The position numbers were made by a program, and so were the translations under genes. A DNA stretch of 64,000 nucleotides. It comes from Takakia lepidozioides (Eukaryota; Plantae; Bryophyta). The notes beneath the pieces were generated by a model that was not told where the DNA came from, searched no databases, and saw only the letters and a program-made list of their open reading frames with translations. Positions 9,560 to 23,150 of the stretch are shown piece by piece (the first letter of the stretch is position 1; each line of letters opens with the position of its first letter). The DNA lies in NCBI GenBank assembly GCA_030704615.1, contig CM060733.1:18352001-18416000 (forward strand), in the 5' to 3' direction.

Positions 9560-11010
9560 AATAAACCGCACTGGGAGCAGTGCACGTCGACCATCCCCTG
9601 ACTGCCATTCCGGCCTGTAGGATGTCATTTCCTCCTAAAAGTTCAAAGTAAATTCCATCGAGTATAACACAGCCCCACCAACAAGTACATCATAAGACAT
9701 CAAGTCCGTAACAATGGCTTTAGCTCTCATGACAGAGCCATCTGTAGGATGATCTGGCTACAATCAAATGAAGAGCTCATGGCGTGTAATCCCTCGTGTC
9801 TTCTCTGAACCGCCCAAAGATGTTTGAATTTGGAAAGGGCAAGGCTCAGGATGCAAGTTATAACAATGGGTCTCTTCACATACTTGCTACAATGCCTACA
9901 GTGTGGTTGTGTAGGTTGTGCCTGTGCCGGCACTTTGCCTCTCTCCGGGCAATCTCTCTTAACATGGGGTCCTCTACAATCCCAACATGTCACTCCCGAC
10001 TGTTGTTGGCCTGAAAATGAAGGAAGTGACCTCTGCAATTGAGATCCTCTCTGTCCTTCCCTGGGCTTCACCTGAGCCCCTTTGTTGCCTTGAGCACGTT
10101 GGGGTAGTGGTTGTTGTAGGCTAGGAGCCCCACTTTGTTGTGTCTCCTTACCAAACCCCACCATGACCACTCGTTCCTCCACCATATTGAGCTCTATCCG
10201 CTCTGCCAGCAAAAACACGTTTGCTAAGGTAGGTTGGGCCACTTGTAAGAGAGTTGTATCCCGCACCCTTCTCCTCAGCTCCTTGTCCAATATCCCATAC
10301 CAGAATTGGACTGCTTGAGCTTCCGTAACCCCTTGGGTTACATTTATCAATCGCCTCATGCGCGTGTAAGCCTCCCTTAAACTCTCGGCAGGCTTTCGTT
10401 GGAACTCTTGCAAACTCCGCAATTTCTCCGTCCTTATCCCCTGGTAGTTTATTCTTAACTCCTCGAAGAACTCCACAACTAGGTTAAAGGCAGGCACGAG
10501 AGTTGGTGTTGCAGTATGAGCTTAGGTGGACTTCCCAGCTCCTGTTCCACTTGACGTCCCACTGCTACTTGTAGAAGCTACTGGTGTAGCTGCCGGTGTC
10601 ACCATTGCCCTTGTGCCTCTAGTGATGGAGACATAGTCAGGTGACCAATACACCCTCCATTCCTCAATCTCCACCTCATGTCCCCGCCTAAACTCATGGT
10701 AGTCATCCATGGGCGGCCCCTCAAGATGCTGAAACAGCCCCTTCCATGCCATAAAAGGCGTAAACAATTGTGGATTGCGCATCTGCTGCAAATCACACCA
10801 ACTATCAAACTCCTATATGAAATCATTAAGCTCGATGGTGCCCAGAGCTCCAGAGTACCGACGTGGCCCCTTAGTAGCTCCATACATTTCCTCCATCGTA
10901 TCCCACAACAATGGCATGGAAATGGCTTGCACCCTCGGCGAGAATCCTCCTAACTCTGAGTCTGAACCTTCCTCAGAAGACACTGAAGGTGAAGGTGGCC
11001 TAAACCGCAC
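9560..11010 (-). pseudogene. gag: G2 gag and partial protease (deletion junction near 9848)
   Basis: ORFs 10813-11010, 10522-10791 and 9727-10497 are homologous to G1 gag; CWDCRGPHVKRDC knuckle. Confidence 0.85.
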
Positions 11011-11779
11011 ACCTCGTCTTATATACCCACTAGTATCGCTGGTGCTCGTACCGGCACTCTCCTCAGCAACTGGTAGCAGCTCCGTGGTGAAAACTCACAA
11101 CCACACCTGTTGTAAACCTGTCTCTAATCCCCTTTCCACAAGGTAACCGGGTAGAGAACTTGTTGCGGCTTATGGCTTAGACTACTAGGTTCGTAACATA
11201 AACCTGCACCTGCATCCACCGCAAGCACTCATATGGTCTGTTGGTCATCATCCCAGCCTCACCATAAGAGAAACAATGATGGTCTAACTGGTCATCACCC
11301 CAGCCTCACCACCGACAGCACGCTCTAGGATTGACCGGTGATCAAATCCGGACCAACCTCCTATGAAAACAAGTGCCCACACAAAGCTAACATGGCGCAT
11401 AGTCAAGCATGCAAGTGTGGAGGGGATCCAAACACAAGAAAATCAAGACAGCGACTCCCCCACACCAAAAACACTCCACAGTGTCGCTCCTGCAATGAAG
11501 GAAGATAGACTAAAACAATTCCTAATCCCAGCATGCTCTCATCCCACTACCCTATCTCCACACTCTCTTGCTTGAACAATAGACAAGACTACCTTTCAAG
11601 GGTCTCTCAAATAACTCTCCAGGAGCCCTCAAGAATATGTCTCTCAAACAATCTCACTAAGGCTTCCAATCCTTGCACAATGGGACTCCAAAACAGTACA
11701 CCAAGGCCCCAAGAGCATGCCAAAACTTAGCCCTCGAGGACCCCAAATAGTCCCTCACACAAGTCGCCAAAGACTCCTC

Positions 11780-12200
11780 AAGCTCTCCAAATATTGGCCT
11801 CCAAGGACCCCAAATAGTCCTCCAAAGAACTCCAAATGGTCCTCCAAATGGTCCTCCAAGGACCCCAAACAGTCCTCCAAGGACTCCCAATGGTCCTCCA
11901 AACAGTCCTCCAAGGACTCTTCCTATGTCGCTATGTTCCCAATGTGTTCCCAATAAGTTCCCAATAGGTTCCCAAAGTTCCCTAAGAATATTCCTAAGAA
12001 TATGCAATAGTATTCCCCCAGTATTCCCCTGGGCCTATACGTATTCCCCTGGGCCTATACGTATTCCCCTTATATTTCCCTTGTATTCTCCTTAGGAATA
12101 GCCATTTCCCCCTGGCAATAGCCATTTCCCCCTCATAGAGTAGTTCATTTCCCCCCACGGTTTAGCCATTTCCCCCTAGGCTTTAGCCACTTCCCCCTCT
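11780..12200. repeat. Short tandem repeats (GGTCCTCCAA-type and ATTCCCC-type) in the G2 5' leader
   Basis: Visible reiterations of GTCCTCCAA and (T)ATTCCCC(T). Confidence 0.7.
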
Positions 12201-13058
12201 ATTTCCTTGAGGTTTAGCCTTACCAAGCTAGGGTTTGTGCTCCTCGGGGCTCTATGCTTAATCCCCTCCAGCATCCATGAATTCTATGGGGTACCAAGGC
12301 AAATTCCCTTGATCTTTTTCACCTTAAGCTACTCAAGCTTGTCTCCAACTCAACTAGCAATGCATTGGCCACACACAACAAGCTCAATTTCTCATTGGAA
12401 CTCGTACCTCCTTTGGCAAGCCACCAAGGCTTGTCTCCTCTCAAGCCTTGGTCATTCAAGCTCCATTCACTTGCTAGCTCAAGAGCCACTCCTCTCAAGC
12501 TTGAAATTGCAAAGCTCAAGCCAAAAGCATGCTCCACACATGCATCACCTCATACACAAGGGAATCAACTTGCTCCCTTTACCTTCTAGCTCTCCTCAAG
12601 CTTGAAATTGGAAGCCACACTTGGGAAGCATGCTCCACATAAGCATCACTTGCTTGATCAACCATCCACCACAAAACTTAAGCCAAAAGGGAATGAATAC
12701 ATTAGCTTCACCTTCCCCTTCCTTGTCTTGTCACATGTTAATGTATGGTTGAAGTTGTTATGCATGTCTTGAGCCACAATCTCTTTTCTTCATGAAGACC
12801 ACCTCCAATGATCTCCCACATGTGCTCCAAGATCTTCAATGCTCTAGGCTTGGTTTCACATCATCATGGATAGAATTTTCATCCATATGCTTCCCTTCAA
12901 ACCTCTTGAGCTTCCTAATGTTCTCCAAGTGGTTGCCCTTGTTGTTTTCAAGCCCAAGCCTATAAAGCTCATTGGCTTCTCTTCCTCAACATCCACAATT
13001 AAGCTTGCTTAACCCTAGATTGATAGTGAAATGAGTACTAACAATCCTTTAGTTGCTC

Positions 13059-13234
13059 TGTCGTGCGCATACGTATCGCTACACAACTACATCGTTGTAC
13101 AAAACCACACAACACATGTGCACGCCACACACTAGTATATCACTAGTCCACCACTAGTCCAACCACTAGGCTACAACTAGTCAGTCACTAGGCTGCCACT
13201 ATGTTGTCCACTATGGCAGTCACTAGTCCACACA
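13059..13234 (-). repeat. G3 repeat B (3' terminus)
   Basis: Reverse complement of G1 B1; follows the PPT on the minus strand. Confidence 0.9.
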
Positions 13235-13496
13235 ATCGCCCCCCTAGCTGGTGCTTAGGTCCCTCTAAGTCCAGGTAGCCACAAGATGTGATAGTGACCA
13301 TAGCCTCACTAAGTCCTCCACCACTATCCCTACTACACTCAAACTCGATAGATCAAGAGGCCGGGTGCAAGAGTTGCCCCATCGTTAGTCGCCGTCTTGC
13401 AACCTGTGAACTTGAGCTTGGGATCTCATGTATTGACTTCTATGAGCTTGGCCTCCCATGTCTTGTTAGCTGCCTCCAGTCATGTCCACTGCCACT

Positions 13497-16400
13497 ATCC
13501 CAAGCAGTGTGGACACAACCAATCTCCGTCAGGAACCTTCTCAAGAGGTGTGTGTCAAGCATCCATATGCCAACCCCTTGAGCATCGATCACACACCAGC
13601 ATGGTGGCTGCCCCTTTGGCAGACCCACAGAGCATGACCTCAAACCTACAGGTACCACTGCCAAGTTTGGTCAACTCTGCCATCGACATTGGGAAGGTGA
13701 CATGACGTACAAATACGCACATGGTCTTTCCAAGTCATGTCATCCCGACCCTCCAAGATCAGGACTCCTGAGGGCAACACCTCTTGAACCCTCAGAATAA
13801 CACGCCCTGCAGTAATATCCAGAGTCGTAGGAGCAGTCTGCTGCAAATAAAATAGTCACCAGGGCTAAACCTCCGAACCCCAGGACGATATCCCACCACG
13901 TATAGTGGCATACCTCAACGTATCACGATGCTATGCAATGGCAAGGTTCTCAAAAGCCATGGGCATGACTTTCTTGAACAACTCTGCACGCTGATCACAT
14001 GCACGTACCCACACGTCCAGATCGTCAAGGTTAAGGACTGAGCAGTTGTCCCTACGAATGGCTGCAGGCAAATCGGCTCTCGGCCAAAGAGAAGGAATAT
14101 GGTGAGAAGGAAGCAAGTGATGCTTGTTTGTTGAACCTGTAGCCCATGGCTAACCAACGGTACCTGAAGATCCCAATCTCCTAGGTGTCCCTATGCAAGC
14201 CATACTTGCGCAAAAACCCTCTTCACCGTCTGAACAACTCTCTTGCCAAGCCATCGGCCTCAGGATGATCCCGAGAAGTGGTGCGGTGGTCTATCAAGGC
14301 TTTATCACACAAAGCCTGAAACTCCCCCAAGAACTCTCTCCCTTGGTCCGTGAGTACCTCAGCTGGAGCACACCAATCGGCTAAGCACACGATCCAAGAA
14401 TGCATACAAGCCCCCTCACTAGCCTGTCAGGCAATGGAACCAACTCAATCCACTTGGAGAAGTGCTCCACCATCACCAACACATATCTGTGGTGGCGCAT
14501 AGTCAGTGGAACGGTCCTGCGAAGTCAAGACTCCACTTGTAGCCAATCCCATGATTGGTAAAAGATGCAACTGTGGTGTAGGGGCGTTGAATGAAGCACG
14601 CACCCTGTCACACACCATGCACCTAGCCACGAACTGTTGCACCTCTGTATGCATACCACGCCACCAATACTGCCCCTTCAGTAAACTGTGAGTGCGTCGC
14701 ACTCCAAAATGCCCCAACTCCTCATGGGCATGCAGCACTAGCCGTGCACGCTGTGTGGGGTGAGGCACAATCCTCACCCGACCATCCTCCCACACTCGAA
14801 GTAGGTGTATCCCCTCCCACTGAACTCTTGGCTCGTTGCAGGATCCGATCCATCTCCCTGGCAGTCACAGTGGCCGCTGTGTCTCCCGTGCGGAGGTATA
14901 GTCCAACACAGCTGAATCCTCATGTATATCTCTGGCACCACTGGCTCATCACTAGCCTCAGGGTCCTCAGACACTCCGTCTACAGTTATCCCTGTTGTAG
15001 GTCCAACGTAACCTCCCGATGCCAAGATACACAAAAATACAGATGCGTGCCATCCCGATACCATCTCCTCGTCCGTCTCACCATGCCACCGAGCTCTAGT
15101 GTCATCCTGCTGGCTCATGCATGGATTGCGACTCAATCCATCTGCATCCCGATTGACCAAACCGGTCGATGCAAAACCTGAGAAGTCATACTCCTGGAGT
15201 ATGAGTGCCCACCGTGCAAGCTTCCCCGTAAGCTTGTCTGACTCCATCAACCACTTGAGTGGCTGGTGATCCGTGACAAGGGTGAAAAGATTGTCGTATT
15301 AGATAGCACTGAAGTGTGCCACGGCCCACACTGCAGAAGCACTCTCCATCATATGAGCTGTACTTAGCCTCTGCAGCGTTGTTCGAGTTGCTAGCATAAG
15401 CGACTACAAACTCTCTTCCCTCATCATCCACCTGTGTGAGCACCGCTCCAAGCCCCAGCATGCTCCAATCCGTATGCAGTTGAAAGGGACGACCCCTGAT
15501 AGGTCGTCTCAGGATAGCGCCGAGGCCAACCTGCCTTGAGCTCTTGAAAAGCTCGTTCCTGCTCATCTTCCCACTGCCACTCCTGGTCCACCTTGGTCAG
15601 CTTGGTTAGAGCCTTTACAATGGTACTAAATCCCTTGACAAACCGTCTATAATAGTTGCCAACCCATGAAAGCTCGAACTCGGCTCACATCGTGGGGCGT
15701 GGTGGAATTTGTTGGCAATGGCCTCTACCTTAGTCTGCTGTACCCCCAATCCTCCAGGATATATCATGTGACCCAGATACTCAATCTGGTTGTGGAAAAA
15801 CTTGCACTTCCCCGGATACAACTTCAATCGTGCGCTCTCAAGCGCTCCAAATACCACCTGAAGGTGTCTCTCATGCTCCTCCATCGTAACACTAAAGATG
15901 ATGATGTCATCATGTAGACACCGAGCAAAGTCCACCCCTGCTAGAATCCTATCCATGACTCTCTGAAACTCTACAGGAGCATTCTAAGCCCAAATGGTAA
16001 AGAACCGCCACTGATATAGGCAATCCTTGCCGTGCTCATTGATCCCCCAGAATGCCATCTTCTGCTTGTCCGCCTCCTTGATTGGCAACTGGTGATATCC
16101 GGATCATAAATCCAAAGTGCTAAAGACCTTAGCATGCCCGATGGCATCAAAGATCTCCTTTGGTGTTGGCATGGCATACTTATCGGACTTGGTCTGACGA
16201 TTTACAGGCGGTAATCACCGCAATACGTCCCTCCGTCCAATGCCATAGACATCCTTCTTGGCTGGCATCACTGTGGCTGAAGCATACTCTCCACCAGAGG
16301 CTCCACCAAACCAGCCTCCCAGAGATCTTGAGTCCTCATCTGAATCAAAGACCTCTCCATGTCACTGTATCTATAGGGTCTCCGAAAGATTGGCGTGTCA

Positions 16401-16530
16401 GTGGCCAACTCAATACGGATCTCTTGACCCTTCAGTGCTCCCAAGTCCTTCAAACTGAAGGCAAAGCAATTCCTGTAAGCCCTCAGGAACCGCCGTATAC
16501 GTCGTCTCTCTCCTCCAGTGACAATGGGTC
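13497..16530 (-). pseudogene. pol: G3 RT, RNase H, integrase and PHD (heavily frameshifted)
   Basis: ORF pieces 15615-15956, 15186-15566, 14445-14795, 14223-14405 and 13646-13846 are homologous to G1 and G4. Confidence 0.9.
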
Positions 16531-16885
16531 CCCAAAACAGACCCGACCTCGAGTCTCGCAATCCATTGCCATGCCCGGCTGATGAATGCCCTTGGCAGGG
16601 CCAACCGCCACTCCAGATCAATGGAGCCAACCTGCTCCAAATCCTGCGTTCCCAGCAACGAAATGTCTGCTGGCAAGGCCTGCTGATATCCACGAATTGC
16701 AGACACCGACAACAACTCAGGGTACCGCTGTACCAACTGAGCAACATGGCGAAGTGAAACGCATCGTGCAGTGTCATCCCTCTCCACATACTGGTAACGC
16801 CGAACTCGTACACCTGCTTGTAATACAGCAGCCAATCCGGTGCTGATCCTGCCAAACAAGTCCAGAAGAAAAATGCCTTCATCCG
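16530..16885 (-). pseudogene. G3 N-terminal half of the C5 MTase (motifs I-IV); remainder deleted
   Basis: FLLDLFG and GWPCQGHSSAGHG; GLFW is joined directly to GPIVTG, the start of RT. Confidence 0.88.
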
Positions 16886-17289
16886 GATACTGCCACACAA
16901 TAGGTGTGGTGTCCAATGGAGACAACTGAGGTGGTCCTGGTGCAATCCCCGCACTCTCCTCCTCTCCTGACGGTACAAAAGCCTCCACCCAAGCTTGTTG
17001 CACCCGTCGATCAGCATCTCACTGCAAATCCTTGCTCGTGCCCCACAATGGAGTCTGAGCAACCATGGTAGGCAACTCCGCCCTACCATACATGTCATCC
17101 TGCTCTCCCGGAGGTGGCACATCCTCTGAATGAGCGTTGCCCTCAAGCAACTCTCTAGGCCAACTCACTGCCGTTGTGAATGCTGCTAGTGTCGGCATCT
17201 TGCCTCGTTGGGCAACCGCAACTCCTCCTATGAACGTCACAGGGAGCTGCACACGCCGGCCCTCCCCTGACTGCCATGCAGGCCTATAG

Positions 17290-19700
17290 GAAGCGACTCC
17301 TCCCAAAATCCAGGGTGAAGCCCATGGGTACAAACTGCCCCACAACCATGACATCGTATGAGACCGCGTCTGTCATAATGGCCTTGGCTCGCATCACTGA
17401 GCCATCTGTAGGGTGATCCGGCCGTAGTCTGATAGCCAACTCACGTCGTGTCATGCCCCGAGCTGCTCGATCCTCCCAGAGACGTCTGTATCTGGAAAGG
17501 ACAAGGCTCCATATCCGCCTCAGTGAGGCCCAAGCCTGCAATAGCAGCTCTGCCCAGCATCAGTGGCTGAGCTCTCGAGTCCAACAAGACCCGCAGTGGC
17601 CCGTACCTCTTGCCTGCCGGTCCACTCAAACAGAAAATGCCATCCTAGTTGTCTAACATGACAACTCCAGGTGTCACCATGGCGCGCTCAATGGCTGGCC
17701 TAGCTGGCAACTCCATCAACTTGGCAGCTGCAGCTTGCCATGGCGCCGTCGTGGCAGTCTTGACCCTCAAATCCGAGGATCCCTCCGGCACTACACCTCC
17801 CACTATCTCCGCTGAAGATGAAGTAACCTCCCCACTCTCACAGAGTGTAGCTGCCAGCCTGAACACCTCAGCTGGTCTTACCCCCGGCGTCGCAATCATG
17901 GTAGCTGAGAACAAGGGAGCCTGGCACACAGATGTGGCCGTTCCTAGCAGCACACTAGCTGCCGTAGCCTTGGAAACACTAGGTAGTGGTGCTACCCGTG
18001 TAGCTCTCCCCAATGGCATAGTAACCTCCGCCTCGGTAACAGTCGGGCGAGAACTAGGTGCCATGGATGGTGTCGACACTGTCTCCGCCAATGTGAATGA
18101 CTGAGGAAGCCTAGCATGACGGCTTGCCTCCCCACGTTGTGGATCCAACTCCACCTCTGCACCTCGTGGCTCATGAACTCGTGTGGCTCTCCTCGAGTCA
18201 CGGCTGCAGCAGACTCCACCTGCACTAGTGTGTAATGTTGCTCCACACATGAATCCCATGCCCTCCAATCTCCTCCCTCAGGAGCAGGAGGTGGCCATCC
18301 GGCCTTAGAGCCGGTACCACCTGAGCTGTAGCCATGGCAGCAAGCCTCTGCTCTAGCCGGTTGGCCATGCCTTGGTCAACACCCTGGCCTCCGCGTCCTT
18401 GGCCATGTGAGCTTGCCCTTGGCCTGCACCTCTAGGTTGTCCCCTCATCCTCTCTGGGCTGCTCCACCTCGCCCCCGGGCCACCATTGTTCCCTTGGAAC
18501 TGACCTGGGCGCAACTCAGGATGCAAACCATAACACTGGGCCTCTCCATGCCCGTGCTTGCCACAATGCCTACACTGCAACTGGCAGGCTGTGCATGTGC
18601 TGGCCTTTGCCTCCCTCTGGGCAATCCCTTCTTGACATGGGGTCCTCCACATGTCCAGCACACCACATCCGCCCGTTGTTGGCCAGCAATGAAGGGAGAG
18701 ACCCCTTGCATCTGAGGTCCTCTCTACCCTTCCCTAAGCTTCACCTGAGCCCCCTTGTGTGCCTTGAGCACGTTGAGGTAGTGGTTGGCTAGGAGCACCA
18801 CTACCCCGTGGTGTCTCCTTAGCAAATCCCACCATGACCACTCGTTCCTCCACCATGTTGAGCTCTATCTGCTCTGCCACAAAAACACATTTGCTAAGGT
18901 GGGTTGGGCCGCTTGTAGGAGAGTTGCATCCCGCACCCTTCTCCTCAGCTCCTTGTCCAATATCCCATACCATGAATTGGACTGCCTGAGCTTCCGTAAC
19001 CCTTGGGTTACATTATCAAGCGCCTCATGCGAGTGAAAACCTCCCTCAAGCTCTCGGTCGGCTTCCGTTGGAACTCTTGAAGCTCCGCAACTTCTCGTCT
19101 CACCCTTGGTAGTTTCCTCTCAATCTTCGAAGAACTCCACAACAGGGTTGAAGGCAGAGGCAGGGGTGCTAGTGCTGGCTGCGGTAGTTGCTTGGTGGAC
19201 GTCGTAGCTACTGTACCACCAGTCCCCACTAGTCCACTGCTACTTACTGAAGCTGCCGGTGGGAGCGGCAGATGTAGCCACTGCCCTCGTGGTCTAGTGC
19301 CTAGTGATGGAGACATAGTCGGGTGACCGTACATCCTCCAACTCCTCGATCTCAACCTCATGCCCCCGCCGCATGAACTCATGGTAATCATCCATAGGCG
19401 GCCCTCAAGGTGCTGAAACACAGCCCCTTCCATGCATGAAAGGTGTGTAAAGAGTTGTGGATTGCGCATTGCTGCAAATCACACCAACTATCGAACTCTT
19501 GGATAAAATCATCCAACTCGATGGTGCCCACTGCCCAGAGTACCTTCGTGGCCCTTGGTAGCTCCATACATCTCCTCCATTGTGTCCCACAACAATGGCA
19601 AAAAAGAAAAAAAACTTGCACCGCCGATATGAGTCCTCCTAATTCACAATCCGAATCAGAACCTTCGTAGAAGACACAGGAGGTGAAGGTGGCCTAAACG
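17290..19700 (-). pseudogene. gag: G3 gag and protease
   Basis: RVLLDSRAQPLM, CWTCGGPHVKK, CRHCGKHGHGEAQC, ELDDFIQEFDSWCD. Confidence 0.87.
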
Positions 19701-20529
19701 CAACACTCGTCTCGTGTACCCACTAGTATCGGTAGTGCTGAACCGGCACTGTCCCTAGCAACTAGTGCACCTCCGTGTTGACACTCAACGGTCATGAACA
19801 TGTCCCTAACCCCCTCTCCATAAGGTAACCGGGTAGGAGAACCTGTTGCGGCTTATGGTTGGTAATACTAAGTTCAAACATAGCCTACACCTGTACCTGC
19901 ATCCCACAACAAGCACTCCTATGGTTGGCTGTCATCACCTCCAACCTCACCACAGAGAAGAAACAATGATGGTCTGGCTGGTCATTACCCAAGCCTCGCC
20001 ATCGACAGCATGCTCTAGGACTGGCCGGTGATCAAATCGGACCAATCACCTATAAAAACAAAAGCGCCCACATAAAACTAGCCATGGGCACAGTCAAGCA
20101 TGCAGGTATGGAGGGGATCCAAACACAAGAAATCAGAACGACAACTCCCCACACCAAAAACAACTCCACGGTGTTGCGCCTGCAAGGACACCCCCAGCCC
20201 AAAACCCGGACTGACTCTTGCCTCCACCTACGGAAAGGTCTGGCCTAATGAGAGGGTGGAAACTACAAGGAAGAGAAGCTAAAGCAATGCCTAACCCCAG
20301 CATGCCCTCATCCCAACACTCTTCCTCTCCTCTCTTCCCTCACTTGCATGACCATGGGAATATCATGAGATACTCCTCAAACCGCCCTCCCGAGCTTAGC
20401 TCCAAAATTCGGCCTTTCAAGACCACCATGCCAGTCCTTAGGCAGTCCACCAGTGCCTCCACGAGTCAGCACAGGCCGTCCACAGGTCAACACGGGCCAA
20501 CAAAGACCAGCAGAGGCCCACACAGCTCA

Positions 20530-21118
20530 CTTGGCACAGCCGTCACAGTCCCACAGGCCACTGGGCACAGCCTGTCACAGCCGTCACAGCCCACAGGCCA
20601 CAGGGCACAGCCCGCCACAGCCTGTCACAGCCTTGCTCAGCCCGTCACAGCTCGCCAGCCTGTCACACCCCGTCACAGCCCCACAGGCCACTGGGCACAG
20701 CCTGTCACAAGCCCGTCACAGCCCCACAGGCCACTAGGCATAGCCTGTCACAGCCCCTTCACAGCCCGTCACAGCCCCAAAGGCCTCAGGCACGGCCTGT
20801 CACAGCCCCTCACAGCCCATAACAAGCCTAAAGGCATGGAACACAGCTGACATAGCCCAAAGGCCACCGGCACAGCCCCTCACAGCCCATTCACAGCCCC
20901 CAAGGCCACCGGCGCAGCCCGTCATAGGCCCTCACAGGCCCTTAACAGCCGTCCACAGCCCCGAAGGCCACCGGCGCAGCCCGGCACAGCCCCAAAGCCT
21001 CAAGCCACGGTCCTAAACAGGCCCTAGAGCATGTCATAGCCCAAAACCCTCAGGAACGGTGTAACAGCCCCTCACAGCCCCAAAGGCCATGGGCACAGCC
21101 TGACACAGCCCCTCACAG
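20530..21118. repeat. CACAGCC-based minisatellite in the G3 leader (left part)
   Basis: Dozens of (GT/CT)CACAGCC / AAGGCCAC units. Confidence 0.9.
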
Positions 21119-21119
21119 A

Positions 21120-23150
21120 TTGTCGAAATAGCGTATCGTAGTTGGGGTCAACTCCGTGACTCAGGTTTGGGCTATTCTCTGCATCTCTTACGGGCATTGC
21201 TGCTATGGTCAATCCATGATTACCCTGCATATGGCTTGCTCGCGGGTCAGGTTACTAAAGGTTATGCTGGTCGTCCAGCCTGCGGACCCGAAGTGGATTC
21301 ACAGCATTTACATGCATGTTCGAAAACTGTGTCCTGGGCCATCGGAGATTTCTTGGCCCAAACCATCCGTATAGAAGTTCAAGACTGTTCAATGGTGCTG
21401 TTGAGCATAAAGTGGCTCCACAAACGCAGACGGGAACACAAATAAAGAAACGTGCAATTGACCTGATTGCATGGATAGTAGCAGGTAGGACACCATATAC
21501 GCCATCAGACCCTTCCAAATCTTACGGAGTGAAGCGATTATCAATCTTATATGCCTTGCCTTACTAGGAGGGCCTCCTCATACGACATACGTTTGATGCT
21601 ATGCATTGCGAGAAGAACTTTGCAGAGAATATCATTTAGACTATTTGTGGGGAGAAAGATACATTGAAGGTTCGGTGTGAGCTTGAATTATGGGCTGCGT
21701 CCATCATTGTGGTGCAACGACATCCAGACAGGGCCGATACGTTAATCATGCCTCCTGCTCCTTTGTTCTGACTTAGCTGAGTTGAAAGTTTCTTGGACAC
21801 TGTGCGAAACCTCAAAGTACCACAGGTTACGCATCGGCTTTCAAAAACACGTGGTAAAAAGAAAAATATCTGGCATGAAATCACATGATTACCAAGTGCA
21901 TGCACCAAATTTTACCGCTGGCTATTCGTGGGCTCATGGCACAGGTGTGCGCACTACAATTTTGCGAGTATGTCGTGTATTTAGGAGGTTGTGTGCCAAA
22001 AGTAGGAATCCTGCAGAGTATGAGGAGTTGAAACCATGAAAGCAGTTGTTATCTCTGTCTAACGGAGAAAGAGTTCCCCACCATAATTCTTTGATGATGA
22101 GACACATCTGCTTGTCCACCTAGTGGACGAGCTCTTTATGTGGTTCCTGTGGCATCACGTTGGATGTACCCATGCGGGCGGGGCAATTGAAAGAAATGAA
22201 GGGGTACGTCGGGAACATGGCAAAACCCGAGGGCAGCATGGCTCAAGGATACATTTTTATGAAGCTCTAGGATTTGCACGGAGTATATAGCAGGATATGA
22301 TGGAACCGCACGAAGGGTGTGGGATGCAGATTGAAGGGAAGAATCTGTGGCCGGGGTAGTTTGGAAGGAGCCGGCAAACCTCAGAAATTGGGTGACTTGC
22401 ACACTGCTTTTGTACCACGATACATCATTCAAAATCATCTAAGGCATATCCGATATGATGGAAGTAATCCACACCCTTTCATATCTGAAATTTGTTGATT
22501 TGATCGTTGTGTACTGCCCCATGCTTGGTCTGTGTTGGCTTAATAGCCTCGACATTTTGTGCCAGGAAAATATGAAGAGGAGTCCACACAAATGGGATTG
22601 TCCTCCATTTGCGCTTGGCTGCAAATGCTGTACGGGAACATCTATCTGGAATCAAGAACATGCTTGACGATGGCATACGACAAGAATTATTGGATCTTTC
22701 AAGACCCCATTCATATCTGCTTGAACACAAGAGTATGTCAGGATATGGAACCATTACAGGGCTACATCCCCAAACATAAAAACCACACGAGTATTGCCAT
22801 CCTTTGATTGTGAGAGTCTCATCAGTTTTCAAGATGAGACGGAATTGTACGTTATGTGGGTCTTATCAGGGAATTGTGCAGATGACATGGCACTACACGG
22901 CCTGTAGGTGTTTGGTGCCTACTGGTTACGAGCCCAAAAATGTGGGTCGTCAACCCAAATCAATGAATGAAGATGATTGTGGCTTCACGTGGTCAATTTC
23001 AATCAAATGCTACCACCCTCTGAACAGCCTTGTATTGCCAGCAGGTTGATCAAGTCTTTTCTCTGAGTGTTGTGAAGGCAAAACAATGGCAAGTTGTATT
23101 GGATAAGAGCCCCCGATCACGGAGAGTGGTGTGTGATATCCAATTTCTAT
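21120..23150 (+). pseudogene. CACTA/En-Spm Tnp2 transposase remnant
   Basis: LRALLLWSIHDYPAYGLLAG..KGY, HRRFLGPNHPYR, GMKSHDYQV, WMYP...KPEGSMAQGY and DDCGFT motifs typical of CACTA transposases; many frameshifts. Confidence 0.85.

Noticed and set aside
20218-20850. Ser/Pro/Thr-rich ORFs (also 27718-28095, 40067-40399, 44942-45325)
   Set aside because: They are translations of the CACAGCC minisatellite, which lacks stops by composition.
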